This document shows positions 53,406 through 63,722 of a stretch of 64,000 nucleotides of DNA, one piece after another. Within the stretch, counting starts at the first letter, position 1. Each line of letters opens with the position of its first letter. The translations under genes were made by a program, and so were the position numbers. This stretch comes from Rhodothermales bacterium (GTDB lineage Bacteria; Bacteroidota; Rhodothermia; Rhodothermales; BA12), in contig JACSSA010000109.1 of NCBI GenBank assembly GCA_014879465.1, positions 3,891 to 67,890 of the forward strand. The letters are read 5' to 3'. Under the pieces are notes generated by a model. That model was not told the origin of the DNA. It made no database searches and saw only the letters and a list, made by a program, of their open reading frames with translations.

Positions 53406-55185
53406 CGTCGCCGCGCAGGGCGTAGCGGTAGGTTTGGCCGCCGAGCAGCTTGGCCGCGCCTGCCACGGCGTAGCGGTGGCGCAGATACAGCGGCACGAAC
53501 GCTTCTTCGAGCAGCGACACCGGGCGTCCCGGACGCAGCACGGCGTCGGAGAAGCGGTCGAGTGCGGCGCGGCGCACGGCGAGGTCGCGGCGGAGCGCGT
53601 CGAGGGCGTCGGAGCCGTTGTCCCACTGCACGCTGCGAGGTTCGACGCCGCCGGCGTTGTCTCGATCCGACAGGTACACGAGGCCTTGGCGGCGCACGTC
53701 CTGCAAGACGCCCGCCACGAAATCCGCTTCCGACTGCCCCGGCGCGGGCTGGCCGTAGCCCATCCGGATGGCGGCGATGTCCCACGCACCCACGCCCACA
53801 GCGTAGGCCGAATCGAGCGAGATCGAGCCGTCGGGGCGGACGATGGCCAGCGGGGCCGGGTAGTCCATTACGCTCGCCCGCCCGTTTGTGGACGCGGCGA
53901 AGTTGTGGGCGAGGCCGAGGGTGTGGCCGACCTCGTGGGCGGCGAGTTGCCGCAGCCGCGCCAGCGCCATCTGCGCCATCGGGTCGTCGGCGGGCACGCC
54001 GTCGCGGTAGGGCGCGAGCAGCCCCTCGGCGATCAGGTAGTCTTGCCGCACGCGCAGGCTGCCGAGGCTGACGTGCCCTTTGAGGATTTCGCCGGTGCGC
54101 GGGTCGGTGACCGCCGCGCCGTAGCTCCAGCCTCGCGTGCTTCGGTGCACCCACTGGATCACGTTGTAGCGCACGTCCATCGGGTCGGCGCTGTCGGGCA
54201 GGATCTCGACGCGGAAGGCGTTGCGGAAGCCCGCCGCCTCGAATGCCGTCGCCCACCACCGTGCGCCGTCAAGCAGCGCCGAGCGGACGGGTTCGGGCGT
54301 GCCGTTGTCGAGGTAGTAGACAATCGGTTCGACCACGTCGGACACTGCCGCCGACGGATCGCGTTTTTCGAGGCGATGGCGGACGGTCAGCCGCTGCCGC
54401 AACTCCGCGCCCAGCGGCACGGAGTAATCGGCGTACGACACGTCGAAGAAGCCGCTGCGCGGGTCGAAACGGCGCGGCGTGTACCCGGCATCGGGAAGGC
54501 GGACGAACGAATGCCGCTCGCGCAGCGTCACGGCATGCCCGTCGGCGGCGACGCTCCGCACCAGCGCGCCGGGGTTCGACGAGGCGAAGGTCAACCGTCC
54601 CTCCAGTTCCGTGTTGTCGGGGAACGCCTTCGTGGCCTCCATCCACACCGACGAGCGGCCGGCGTCGAGCGAGAAACTGCCTTGGTTGGACTGCTGGAGG
54701 CGCTGCACGACGCCGTGCGCGTCGCGGAGGACGAACGGCGTGGCGTCCACCAGCACCCGCCCGTTGTCTTCGGCCACGATCGGAAAGGCGTGCAGCACGC
54801 CCTCGGCAAAGGCCTCGCGCACCGAACGTCGCTCCAGCGGGTTGGCGGACGAGGCGCGGTAGTCCACGTTCGGCGCGACGAGCAGCATCCGGCTTCCCGC
54901 CCGCTCGAACCGCACCACCGTCGACGGGCCGAGTTGCCCGCGGTCCAGCCCGATGTCGTTCGACCCCAGCCCGGCCGGCAGCGACACCTGGTAGAGAAAC
55001 TCCTCGTCCGTCCGCCCGATTTCGAGGTAGACCGTGCCGCGCCGGACGTCCGTCATGACGGGGAAGAAGCCGTCGTCGCGGGCCATGCCCGCCGTGAACG
55101 CCGCAACCGTGGGCGGGACGGCGGGCGTCGTTTGGGCGTAGACGGCGGCGGGCGCGAGGAGCAGGATCGGCAGAAGACGGCGCAT
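53406..55185 (-). pseudogene. Zinc-dependent metalloprotease, N-terminal fragment (signal peptide plus HExxH domain)
   Basis: MRRLLPILLLAPAAVYAQ signal and AAHEVGHTLGLAHNF zinc site. The host-derived frame ends at ...YRYALRGD and then runs 6 codons into the phage end to a TGA. Confidence 0.85.
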
Positions 55186-55309
55186 CGGGCGGTGGGGCAG
55201 GGCATCCCGAAACTACGCGCCCCCGGCCCGCCGAGCAACGACGCATGGCTATTCTGCGTACGATGCGCATCTTGGGCGTCGTATGTAACTCCGTCGTCTG
55301 TACCCGCCG

Positions 55310-56911
55310 ATGAAAACCCTCACCCTCGCCGCCGCGTTGCTGGCCGCCGCGCCCGCGCTCGCGCAAACGCCCTACCTCGTCAAAGACATTCTGCCCGGCG
55401 CAGACGGCAGTCGGCCGACGGAGTTGGTAGCAGTCGGAAACCGGGTGTATTTCTCCGCCCGCTCGTCGGCTGCATTCGGAGCAGCATTTGAACTGTGGGC
55501 GTCCGATGGAACGGATGCCGGTACGTACAGGGTCAAAGCGATGCCTCCCAAGAGCATCCTGCGGCGCCTCACCGCTTTCGGGGAGAAGGTCTGTTTTGCC
55601 GCCTACACCGAGGCTGAGGGCGAGGAGCCGTGGTGTTCCGACGGCACGGAATCCGGTACCGCTCTCGTTGCGGACTTGGCCGAAGGTAGTGCATCAAGCA
55701 CACCCCATGCGTTTCGTGTCTTTCGGGGAAAGCTGTACTTCTTTGCCAGGGATGCATCCGGAAACGACAAGTTGTGGAGCACCGATGGAGCCCAAGCGGG
55801 CACAACCACCATCGTAGGATCGTACCCCTTTACGCCGTCTTCGGGGCCGAATCTGGTGGCGACCGAGTCGGCACTTTTCTTCTCCGCTTCCAGCGAAGTT
55901 TCCGACCGGCTCTGGGTAAGCGATGGCACCGCAGCAGGGACAGTTCGGCTCGATACGTCGCCGCTTCATCAACGATCCGAGGGGGTGTATCGCTGGGGAG
56001 AGCGGGTGGTCTTTACCGCCGTTGGCGATCAGGGAGATCGAGAACCTTGGGTGAGCGACGGCACGGTGGCAGGCACGAGGCTTCTGCGGGATATCCATCC
56101 GGGAGGAGCCAGTCAAGCCAGATCGTTCTTCCCGCTGGGGGAACGCATGCTTTTTACGGCCAACGACGGGCAGCACGGACTTGAACTGTGGCAGACCGAC
56201 GGAACCGAGCAAGGTACCCAGTTGGTGCGCGACATCAATCCCGGTGTGGGAGACGGTCAACCGTGGGCCCAAGCCGCTCTAAACGGCTATGCGTATTTTC
56301 CTGCCAACGACGGCGTAACCGGCGTTGAGCTTTGGCGAAGCAACGGGACCAGCGCAGGGACCGAATTGGTGGCCGATATCGACCAAGCCACTACGATTGG
56401 AAGCTTGCCACGAATGCTGACGCCAGCAGGCCCCTATCTCTATTTTACCGTCTCCGACGTTTTGCTCCAACGCAGTCTGCTTTTTCGAACGGATGGTTCT
56501 GCCGAAGGGACTGCTGCTGTCGGTCGCCCGTCGTTTCAAGCGGACGTAGCGGGGCAGCCTTTTGCGCTGCTTGGGACGACCTTGTTCGTTGTGGCAACGA
56601 CCCCGGATCAAGGAACCGAACTGTGGGCGTTGCCGAATGCGTTCACGGTTGCATCCGAAGCCGACGTTTCGGTGTCGGCGCTGGCGGTGCGGTCGGTGGG
56701 GGCGCGGTCGGTGGAACTGACGACGCCCGCCGGATCGGTGCGGGTGGAGGCGTTCGACTTGCTCGGTCGGCGCGTGGCGACCCTGCACGACGGCGACGCC
56801 TCGGGCACGCTTCGCCTCGCGCTGCCGACGAGCCTCGGCGTGGGCGCGTATCTGGTGCGGGCCACGGCGGTCACGGGCGAGACGGCCTCGGCGCTCGTGC
56901 GCGCCCGCTGA
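55310..56911 (+). CDS. ELWxxDGT-repeat protein with T9SS C-terminal sorting domain
   Basis: Nine repeats (ELWASDGTDAGT, EPWCSDGTESGT, KLWSTDGAQAGT and others). C-terminal VEAFDLLGRRVATLHDG...GAYLVRA is a Por-secretion-tail-like sequence. Confidence 0.8.
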   Translation: MKTLTLAAALLAAAPALAQTPYLVKDILPGADGSRPTELVAVGNRVYFSARSSAAFGAAFELWASDGTDAGTYRVKAMPPKSILRRLTAFGEKVCFAAYTEAEGEEPWCSDGTESGTALVADLAEGSASSTPHAFRVFRGKLYFFARDASGNDKLWSTDGAQAGTTTIVGSYPFTPSSGPNLVATESALFFSASSEVSDRLWVSDGTAAGTVRLDTSPLHQRSEGVYRWGERVVFTAVGDQGDREPWVSDGTVAGTRLLRDIHPGGASQARSFFPLGERMLFTANDGQHGLELWQTDGTEQGTQLVRDINPGVGDGQPWAQAALNGYAYFPANDGVTGVELWRSNGTSAGTELVADIDQATTIGSLPRMLTPAGPYLYFTVSDVLLQRSLLFRTDGSAEGTAAVGRPSFQADVAGQPFALLGTTLFVVATTPDQGTELWALPNAFTVASEADVSVSALAVRSVGARSVELTTPAGSVRVEAFDLLGRRVATLHDGDASGTLRLALPTSLGVGAYLVRATAVTGETASALVRAR

Positions 56912-56954
56912 CGCGGCGTACGAACCCAGAACCCGGCGGCGTTGGTTGGACATC

Positions 56955-56987
56955 CCCTGTCTGGGTTGCGGCTCGGACAGGGTTTTT
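56955..56987 (+). terminator. Rho-independent terminator candidate
   Basis: Stem ccctgtc (56955-61) / gacaggg (56976-82), followed by TTTTT. Confidence 0.5.
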
Positions 56988-56997
56988 CCTTGCTCGT

Positions 56998-58380
56998 ATG
57001 CTTTGTTGGTTTGCGCGTCTTCGTTTCGCAGGAGACGCCCCGCTTGGGCATCTCTACGGTCGCGTCCGGACGTGGCTCGGCGTCTTCGTCTGGCTGAGCC
57101 TCGTGGGGCTGCTGGCGACGACTCCGGCGACGGCCCAGATCCGCGTGGAAGGGTTGGTGCTCGACCGGGCCACCAGCCGCCCCGTGCCGGGCGCGACGGT
57201 GGTGCGCGTGGGATCGAACGAGGGTACGGTGGCGAACGGCGACGGGCGGTTTGTGCTGGAAATCGCTCGCCTGCCCGTGACGCTGCGCGTGTCGTCGGTG
57301 GGCTACGCGGCTGCAACCGTCCGGTTTGAGCGCGCCGACCGCCCCGGAATCGTCCGCCGCGACATCTTGCTCGCTCCGGCAGATGTTGAAGGATCGGAAC
57401 TGGACGTGATTGCGGGCGAAGATCCGGGGCTGCGGTTCATGCGGCAGGTGGTGGCCCGGCGCACCGCGCTGCGGCTTCGCACGCCGCCGTACACCGCCGA
57501 CGCCTACACCCGCGCCACGGTAATGAGCCAACTCCCCAGCTCGTCGGCCACGCGCCCGGTGCGCCTCGTTGAGACGTTCTCGCTGCTCTTTGCCCGCCCC
57601 GACGGGCGGCGACGGGAGGACGTGACGGTGCGGCGGCGCGTGCCGTCGGGCGGCCCGTTCGAACACGCCGACACCGAGGCCGTCCCGGACGTCTACTTCG
57701 AAGACGTCTACCGGCTCGACGGCTACACCATGCGCAGCCCGCTCGATCCGCGCAACCTCGGCCTCTACACCTACCGCCTCGGCGCGGATACGCTGGTGGA
57801 TGGGCGGATGATGGTGGACGTGTCGGTGTACCCCACCGCGCCGTTCCTCGACGCCTTCACCGGACGCCTTCGCATCGTCTACGGCTTGCTCGTGGTGGCC
57901 GAGGCCGAGTGGCGACCGCCGCAACCGCCTCCGGGAGCGTTTATCGAGTTCCGCGCGCACTACCTCGTCCGGTACGCCGCCGTCACCGACTCGCTGTGGC
58001 TGCCGTCGCGGTTTGAGCGGACGGTGCGGGCGTGGTCGGGGGTGTCGGGGATGAGCCTGCCGCCCTTCGACACCGAGCAGACAACCGCCGTTTCGGCCTA
58101 CGACTTTACCTACGGCGGCCCCGACGCGGCGTTTGCCTCGTTCGACCGCTACTACAACCCGTCGGATGCGTACGGCGGGCAGGAAGTGTTTCAGCGGTTC
58201 CGCGACGAGCAGCCGCTCACCGACGACGAGCACGCGGTGCTCGAAGGGTTGCGCGGGCGCACGACCGGCGGTCTGGTTTGGCGCGAGGGCATGTTGGCCC
58301 GCATGGGCATCGTGCAGCTCTTCGACAAACTCACCGGCAACACGCCCGGCGTCGGCCACGACGACCCGCCGCGCCGGTAG
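56998..58380 (+). CDS. CarboxypepD_reg-domain protein (start uncertain)
   Basis: IRVEGLVLDRATSRPVPGATVVRVGSNEGTVANGDGRFVLEIARLPVTLRVSSVGY. The first 20 codons overlap a REP-like element, so the real start may lie downstream. Confidence 0.6.
   Translation: MLCWFARLRFAGDAPLGHLYGRVRTWLGVFVWLSLVGLLATTPATAQIRVEGLVLDRATSRPVPGATVVRVGSNEGTVANGDGRFVLEIARLPVTLRVSSVGYAAATVRFERADRPGIVRRDILLAPADVEGSELDVIAGEDPGLRFMRQVVARRTALRLRTPPYTADAYTRATVMSQLPSSSATRPVRLVETFSLLFARPDGRRREDVTVRRRVPSGGPFEHADTEAVPDVYFEDVYRLDGYTMRSPLDPRNLGLYTYRLGADTLVDGRMMVDVSVYPTAPFLDAFTGRLRIVYGLLVVAEAEWRPPQPPPGAFIEFRAHYLVRYAAVTDSLWLPSRFERTVRAWSGVSGMSLPPFDTEQTTAVSAYDFTYGGPDAAFASFDRYYNPSDAYGGQEVFQRFRDEQPLTDDEHAVLEGLRGRTTGGLVWREGMLARMGIVQLFDKLTGNTPGVGHDDPPRR
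57031..57057. repeat. REP-like palindromic element, copy 3
   Basis: ggagacgcccc-gctt-gggcatctctac. Confidence 0.65.
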
Positions 58381-58383
58381 CCG

Positions 58384-60660
58384 TCAAAACGCCATCAGGT
58401 CGCGGGCGGCGGCGAGGATGTCGGGGTCTTGCGGAAGCAGCACGTCTTCGTACGGTGCGGCAAATCCGATCCACGAAAACGCTCCGGCCAGCCGTTTCAC
58501 GGGCGCGTCGAGGTGCGCGAACGCCTTGTCGGCAATCTGCGCGGCGATCTCGGCACCGAAGCCCATGAACTCGTGGTCTTCGTACACCACAAGCGCCCGG
58601 TGCGTCTTCTTCACCGACGCGAGGATCGTCTCGGTGTCGAGCGGCAGCATCGTTCGGATGTCGATGATTTCCGCCGAGATGCCCTCTTTTTCGAGCGTCT
58701 TGGCCACGTTCATCGCCTTGTGCACCATCATCCCGTACGTCACGATCGTGAGGTCCGACCCTTCGCGCACCACCTTGGCCTTGCCGATCTCGACGAGGTA
58801 GTCGGCGTCCGGTTCGGGGCTGCGGGCGGCGGCCATCCGGTAGAGGGCCTTGTGTTCGAGGAAGATGATCGGGTCGTCGGAGCGGATGGCGGTCTTCAAA
58901 AGCCCCTTGGCGTCGGCGGCGTTCGACGGCATCACGACCTTGTAGCCGGGGAAGTGGCTGAAGATGGCCTCGATGTTTTGGCTGTGGCAGAGGCCGCCGT
59001 GGATGTAGCCGCCGCAGGGCACGCGGATGACCATCGGGCACGACCAGGTGCCGTTCGAGCGGTAGCGGAACGGCCCGACTTGGTTGCGCAGGCTCTGCAT
59101 CGCGGGCCAGATGTAGTCCGCGAACTGGATCTCTACGACCGGCTTGTAGCCGTACGACGCGAACGCGACGGCCGTGCCGATGATCGAGTGCTCGGCGAGC
59201 GGGCTGTTGAAGCAGCGGTCTTCGCCGAACGTGGCGGTGAGGTCGCGCGTGGCGGTGAAGACGCCGCCTTTGCCGCCGGCCACGTCTTCGCCGTAGACGA
59301 TCACCTTGTCGTTGCGCGTCATCTCCTCGCGGATCGCGTGGTTGATGGCGTCGACCACCACGACCAGTTCGCCGTTCGGCTCAGACGCCTCGTAGTCGAG
59401 CACGGGCGGGGTTTCGGAGAGGATGTGGCGCGTGGCGGTGGCCGGGTCGGGATCGGGCATCGTCTCGGCCCAGTCGGCAGCGTCGTTCACCTCTTGCACC
59501 ACCTCTTGGCGCAGTCGCTCGATGGTGGCGGCGTCGAGCACGCCGGCCTCCACCAGCTGCGCTTCGAGGCGAAGCAGCGGGTCGATGGCCTTGTCGGCGT
59601 CGAGTTCTTCGGCGGGGCGGTACTTGACTTGGCTGTCGGACGACGAGTGCGGGAGCAGCCGCACGACGTCGCACACCAGCAGCAGCGGGCCTTTGCGCTC
59701 GCGCAGGTGCTTCTCGGCAGCGGCCATCACCGACGCGCTCTCGAAGAAGTCGGTGCCGTCGAACTTCATCCGGCTCATCCCGACGTATCCCGCGCCGAAG
59801 TGGTAGGCCGAGCCGCCGGCGGTTTGGTCTTTGACGGGTACCGAGATGGCGTACTTGTTGTCCTGCACGAGGAACATCACCGGGGCCTTGGCCCGCGCTG
59901 CCCAGTTCATCGCCTCGTGGAACGCGCCCTGCGAGGTGCCGCCGTCGCCCGACGAGGCCACCACGAACGCATCGCTCTTCGCGCCCTCGCGCAGCAGCGC
60001 CAACCCGTAGCCGGTGGCCGGGACGAAATGCGCGCCGATGGACGAACTGGTCGTCATGATGTTGAGCGCTCGGCTGCCGAAGTGCTCCGGCATCTGCCGC
60101 CCGCCCGACGACACGTCGTCGGCCTTGGCGAGGTGCGCGAGCATCGCGTCCTTGGCCGTCATGCCGAGCATCAGCGTGAGCGTGAGGTCGCGGTAGTAGA
60201 GGCAGAACCAGTCGTGCCCGCCCTTGGCGTAGAGGCCCAGCGCCGCCTGCACGCCCTCGTGCCCGGACGTGCCGATGTGGAAGAAGCCTTTGCCCTGTTT
60301 GAGCAGGTTGAGCATCTTTTCGTCGAGACGCCGCGCCGTCAGCATCGTCTTGTAGACGCGCAGCAGCGTTTTCTTCGGGAAGTCCTTCGGCCCCAGTTTC
60401 TTGATCTTCAGATCGCCCACCGGGCCTTCGTCGCGGCTCGGAATCAGCTCTTTGACCTCCGCCTTGGACAAGGCCTTCGTTGGGACGGCCTCGCCGGTCG
60501 ACTCGCCCTGCTCGTGCGCGGTAACGGCGTCAATGACGTCGGTCGCGCCGTCGCCAGCCAAGGAGCTGGATGCGGGCGGCGGGGACACGCGCGCCGTTTT
60601 CTTGTTGGACGTCGTAAGCGCTTCCGGGCCGGGAGGAGCGGTCGTTTTGGGTTTGGGCAT
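58384..60660 (-). CDS. 2-oxoacid dehydrogenase E1 component, fused alpha/beta subunits
   Basis: Alpha part FFHIGTSGHEGVQ...SSGDGGTSQG (TPP-binding). Beta part VIVYGEDVAGGKGGVF...FNSPLAEHSIIG. ATG at 60660. Confidence 0.85.
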   Translation of the reverse strand: MPKPKTTAPPGPEALTTSNKKTARVSPPPASSSLAGDGATDVIDAVTAHEQGESTGEAVPTKALSKAEVKELIPSRDEGPVGDLKIKKLGPKDFPKKTLLRVYKTMLTARRLDEKMLNLLKQGKGFFHIGTSGHEGVQAALGLYAKGGHDWFCLYYRDLTLTLMLGMTAKDAMLAHLAKADDVSSGGRQMPEHFGSRALNIMTTSSSIGAHFVPATGYGLALLREGAKSDAFVVASSGDGGTSQGAFHEAMNWAARAKAPVMFLVQDNKYAISVPVKDQTAGGSAYHFGAGYVGMSRMKFDGTDFFESASVMAAAEKHLRERKGPLLLVCDVVRLLPHSSSDSQVKYRPAEELDADKAIDPLLRLEAQLVEAGVLDAATIERLRQEVVQEVNDAADWAETMPDPDPATATRHILSETPPVLDYEASEPNGELVVVVDAINHAIREEMTRNDKVIVYGEDVAGGKGGVFTATRDLTATFGEDRCFNSPLAEHSIIGTAVAFASYGYKPVVEIQFADYIWPAMQSLRNQVGPFRYRSNGTWSCPMVIRVPCGGYIHGGLCHSQNIEAIFSHFPGYKVVMPSNAADAKGLLKTAIRSDDPIIFLEHKALYRMAAARSPEPDADYLVEIGKAKVVREGSDLTIVTYGMMVHKAMNVAKTLEKEGISAEIIDIRTMLPLDTETILASVKKTHRALVVYEDHEFMGFGAEIAAQIADKAFAHLDAPVKRLAGAFSWIGFAAPYEDVLLPQDPDILAAARDLMAF

Positions 60661-60817
60661 GAGACGGGATTGGATAATTCGCGGCAAGATACGGATGTTG
60701 GCCTGCCGGTCTGCCGGATGCGTCCGAACCCCTCGGCTGAAGCCTTTCGGACGGCGGATGCACGGCGGCGGAACAGGGCTGCGCGCAGGGGTTCCACCGA
60801 AACCATCCGCGCACCTT

Positions 60818-61327
60818 GTGACCGTTGAGCAAACGTTCTTGCAGATGACCGAGTCGCCCGACGACCCCGGGCGGACGCTTCCTGTGCGTGCCCTCGTGAT
60901 GCGGGCGCACCGCCCCACGGCGTCGTTTTACCGCTACCTCTACCGCGCCGTCGGTGGGCCGTGGCAGTGGACGGATCGCCACCGGCTGTCGGACGACCAA
61001 CTCCTTGAGGCCGTCGATCACCCGGACGTGCATGTGCTCGTGCTCTACCTCGACGGCACGCCTGCGGGCTACGCCGAGTTGGATTTTCGCAACGCGCCCG
61101 ACGTGCACCTCGTCTATTTCGGGCTGATGCCGCACGCCATCGGCACGGGCGTGGGGGCGGCATTTCTCGATCGCACCGTACGCGCGGCGTGGGCCGAGCC
61201 GGGTGCGGGGCGGCTGTGGCTCACCACCTGCTCGCTCGACCACCCGCGCGCGCTGGAGGTCTACGAAAAGGCCGGGTTCGAGGCCTACCGCCGGATCGCC
61301 ACCGAACGCCCGGACGACGCGGCGTAA
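60818..61327 (+). CDS. GNAT-family N-acetyltransferase
   Basis: GYAELDF...VYFGLMPHAIGTGVGAAFL...ALEVYEKAGFE. The start is GTG 60818 or ATG 60845. Confidence 0.7.
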   Translation: MTVEQTFLQMTESPDDPGRTLPVRALVMRAHRPTASFYRYLYRAVGGPWQWTDRHRLSDDQLLEAVDHPDVHVLVLYLDGTPAGYAELDFRNAPDVHLVYFGLMPHAIGTGVGAAFLDRTVRAAWAEPGAGRLWLTTCSLDHPRALEVYEKAGFEAYRRIATERPDDAA

Positions 61328-61351
61328 ACGGCCCGAACCGCCGGAAAACCC

Positions 61352-61380
61352 GTAGAGACGCCCCACTGGGGCGTCTCTAC
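61352..61380. repeat. REP-like palindromic element, copy 2; probable terminator for the EF-G gene
   Basis: gtagagacgcccc-act-ggggcgtctctac (13-bp perfect stem). On the minus strand it is followed by GGGTTTTCC. It sits between convergent genes. Confidence 0.7.
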
Positions 61381-61402
61381 CGCCAACGTTCACCGTGCGG
61401 TG

Positions 61403-63541
61403 TCATTCGTCGTCGTCGTGGGCGTGCGTGGCGTCGGCCACCACCTTGTCCTGCACGGTCTTGGGCATCGCGTCGTAGTGGTCGGTGCGGTGCGTGTGCA
61501 GGCCGCGCCCTTGCGTGAGCGAGCGCAGGTGCGTGGCGTAGCGGTAGAGTTCGGCCTCGGGCACATGCGCGGAGATCTTCTGGAAAAACCCCTCGGCTTC
61601 GATGCCTTGGATGCGCCCGCGTCGGGTGTTCAGGTCGCCCATGACGTCGCCGACGTGGTTTTCCGGGACGGTGATTTCGACGTGGTGCACCGGCTCCATC
61701 AACACCGGGCGGGCGCTGCGGAAGGCGTCGCGGAAGGCCATGCGCGCCGCCGTCTTGAAGGCGTTCTCGTTCGAATCCACCGCGTGCATTCCGCCGTCGA
61801 ACACCACCACGCGGACGTTGCCCACCGGGTAGCCCGCCACCGGGCCGCGCTGCATCGCCTCCATCACACCCTTGAGGATCGCGCCGGAGAAGCGCCGCAT
61901 GTCGATCACGCCGCCGACGATGCCGTCGATGAGTTCGAGCGTCGCGCCCCACGGCAACTCGTGGGTCTCCGTGCCGCGCACGGAAATGCCCTCGGGCGGC
62001 GCAAACGGCACGCCCTCGACGATCGGCTCGACGAGCACCGAGATGTCGGCGAACTGGCCCGCGCCGCCCGTTTGCTTCTTGTGGCGGTAGCTCGTGCGCG
62101 CCTGCGTCTGAAGGGTTTCGCGGTACGAGACCTTGGGCCGCTCCATCGCCAGATCCACGCCGAAACGCGATTTGAGGCGCTGCTTGGCGAGGTCGAGGTG
62201 AAGTTCGCCCTGCCCGCCCAGAAGCGTCTGGCCGAGGTGCGGGTCTTGCGTGAGCGTGAGCGTCGGGTCTTCCTCGTGGAGCGCGTGCAAGCCCTGCGCG
62301 AGCTTGTCCTCTTCGCCCGCCTTGGCCGCATGCACCGCCACGACGTGCCGAGGCTCGGGGAAGTGGATGCCCTCGACCACGCCCGGCTGGCCTTTCTGGC
62401 GAAGGGTGTTGTTGGTGTGCGTGTTTTTGAGCTTGACGACCGCGCCCAGATCGCCCGCCACAAGTTCTTCGGTGGTCTCGCGGTCGTGCCCGTTGAGGCG
62501 GTAGAGTGTGCCGAGGCGCTCGATCACGCCCGTTTGCGCATTTTCGAGGTCTTGCCCGGTGCGGAGCGTGCCCTGTACGACGCGCAGGTACGAGAAGTCG
62601 CCCACATGCGGCTCGCTCATCGTGTGCCACACGAACGCCACCGGCGGCGCGGAGGCGTCGGCCTTGACGTCGCGCCCAGACTCGAGATGGACTTCCGCCG
62701 GGCTGGGGCAGACGTTGCCGATGAAGTCCATCAGACGCGTCACGCCGATGTTTTGCTCGGCGGAGGTGACGAAGATGGGGAAGAGGTCGCGGTGCGCCAT
62801 TTCCTTCACCAATCCCGCCCGCATCTCGTCCTCGGTAAGCGTGCCGTTCTCGAAGTAGGTGTCCATAAGCGCCGCGTCGTTCTCGGCGATGGCCTCCACG
62901 AGCGCATTGTGGAGGGCGTCGGCTTCCTCCTTGAACTCGGGCGCAATGTCGGATTCGGTGTAGGTGCCGGAGCCGTCGGCGGCAAAGGTGAGCTGCTTCA
63001 TCAGCAGCACGTCGATTACCGTTCGGGAGCCTGCGCCCGCGTCGATTTGCACGATCACCGCGCCGCGCCCGAACCGGTTTTGGATCTGCCCGACGAGGTC
63101 GCGAAACGATGCGTCGCCCCGATCGTCCATGTGGTTGATGACGAACATCGACGGCTTGTTCAGCGCCTCGGCGTACTGCCACGCCAGCTCCGTGCCCACC
63201 TGCACGCCCTCTCCCGCGTGCATCACGAACGCCGCCGCGTCGGCGGCTTGCAGTGCGGCGATGACCTCGCCGGAAAAGTCCGGGTAGCCCGGCGTGTCGA
63301 GGACGTTGAAGTGCCGCCCGTTCCAGTCGAAATGCAGCATCGACGTGAAGATCGACATGCCGCGTTCCTGCTCCTCCGGATGGTAGTCCGAGCGGGTCGA
63401 GCCGTCGGAGGTCGTGCCGCGCCGCTTGGTCTGACCGGCGTTGAAGAGCATCGCTTCGGCGAGGGTGGTTTTGCCGGCGCTTTGGTGGCCAAGCAAGGCA
63501 ACGTTGCGGATCGAGTCGGTCGAGACAGCCATCGGAAACAA
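61403..63541 (-). CDS. fusA: Elongation factor G family GTPase
   Basis: G1 GHQSAGKTT, G3 DTPGYPDF, and EF-G domains II-V throughout (712 aa). Confidence 0.9.
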   Translation of the reverse strand: MFPMAVSTDSIRNVALLGHQSAGKTTLAEAMLFNAGQTKRRGTTSDGSTRSDYHPEEQERGMSIFTSMLHFDWNGRHFNVLDTPGYPDFSGEVIAALQAADAAAFVMHAGEGVQVGTELAWQYAEALNKPSMFVINHMDDRGDASFRDLVGQIQNRFGRGAVIVQIDAGAGSRTVIDVLLMKQLTFAADGSGTYTESDIAPEFKEEADALHNALVEAIAENDAALMDTYFENGTLTEDEMRAGLVKEMAHRDLFPIFVTSAEQNIGVTRLMDFIGNVCPSPAEVHLESGRDVKADASAPPVAFVWHTMSEPHVGDFSYLRVVQGTLRTGQDLENAQTGVIERLGTLYRLNGHDRETTEELVAGDLGAVVKLKNTHTNNTLRQKGQPGVVEGIHFPEPRHVVAVHAAKAGEEDKLAQGLHALHEEDPTLTLTQDPHLGQTLLGGQGELHLDLAKQRLKSRFGVDLAMERPKVSYRETLQTQARTSYRHKKQTGGAGQFADISVLVEPIVEGVPFAPPEGISVRGTETHELPWGATLELIDGIVGGVIDMRRFSGAILKGVMEAMQRGPVAGYPVGNVRVVVFDGGMHAVDSNENAFKTAARMAFRDAFRSARPVLMEPVHHVEITVPENHVGDVMGDLNTRRGRIQGIEAEGFFQKISAHVPEAELYRYATHLRSLTQGRGLHTHRTDHYDAMPKTVQDKVVADATHAHDDDE

Positions 63542-63722
63542 GAAGGATTTGCGGAGCAGAGGTGAAGGTACGACGGAGGTGCTCGGATTGCCGCAACGTA
63601 AAACACGGTGTTGGTTGCCGGGGATCGCCCGGCAGGGTTTCCGATGGGCTGCGGGAACAGGCGGTTGGCTGTGGGTTGTTGGCGCTTCGTCGCTCGCTTC
63701 CGCCGTTCAACCGCTTCGTGTT

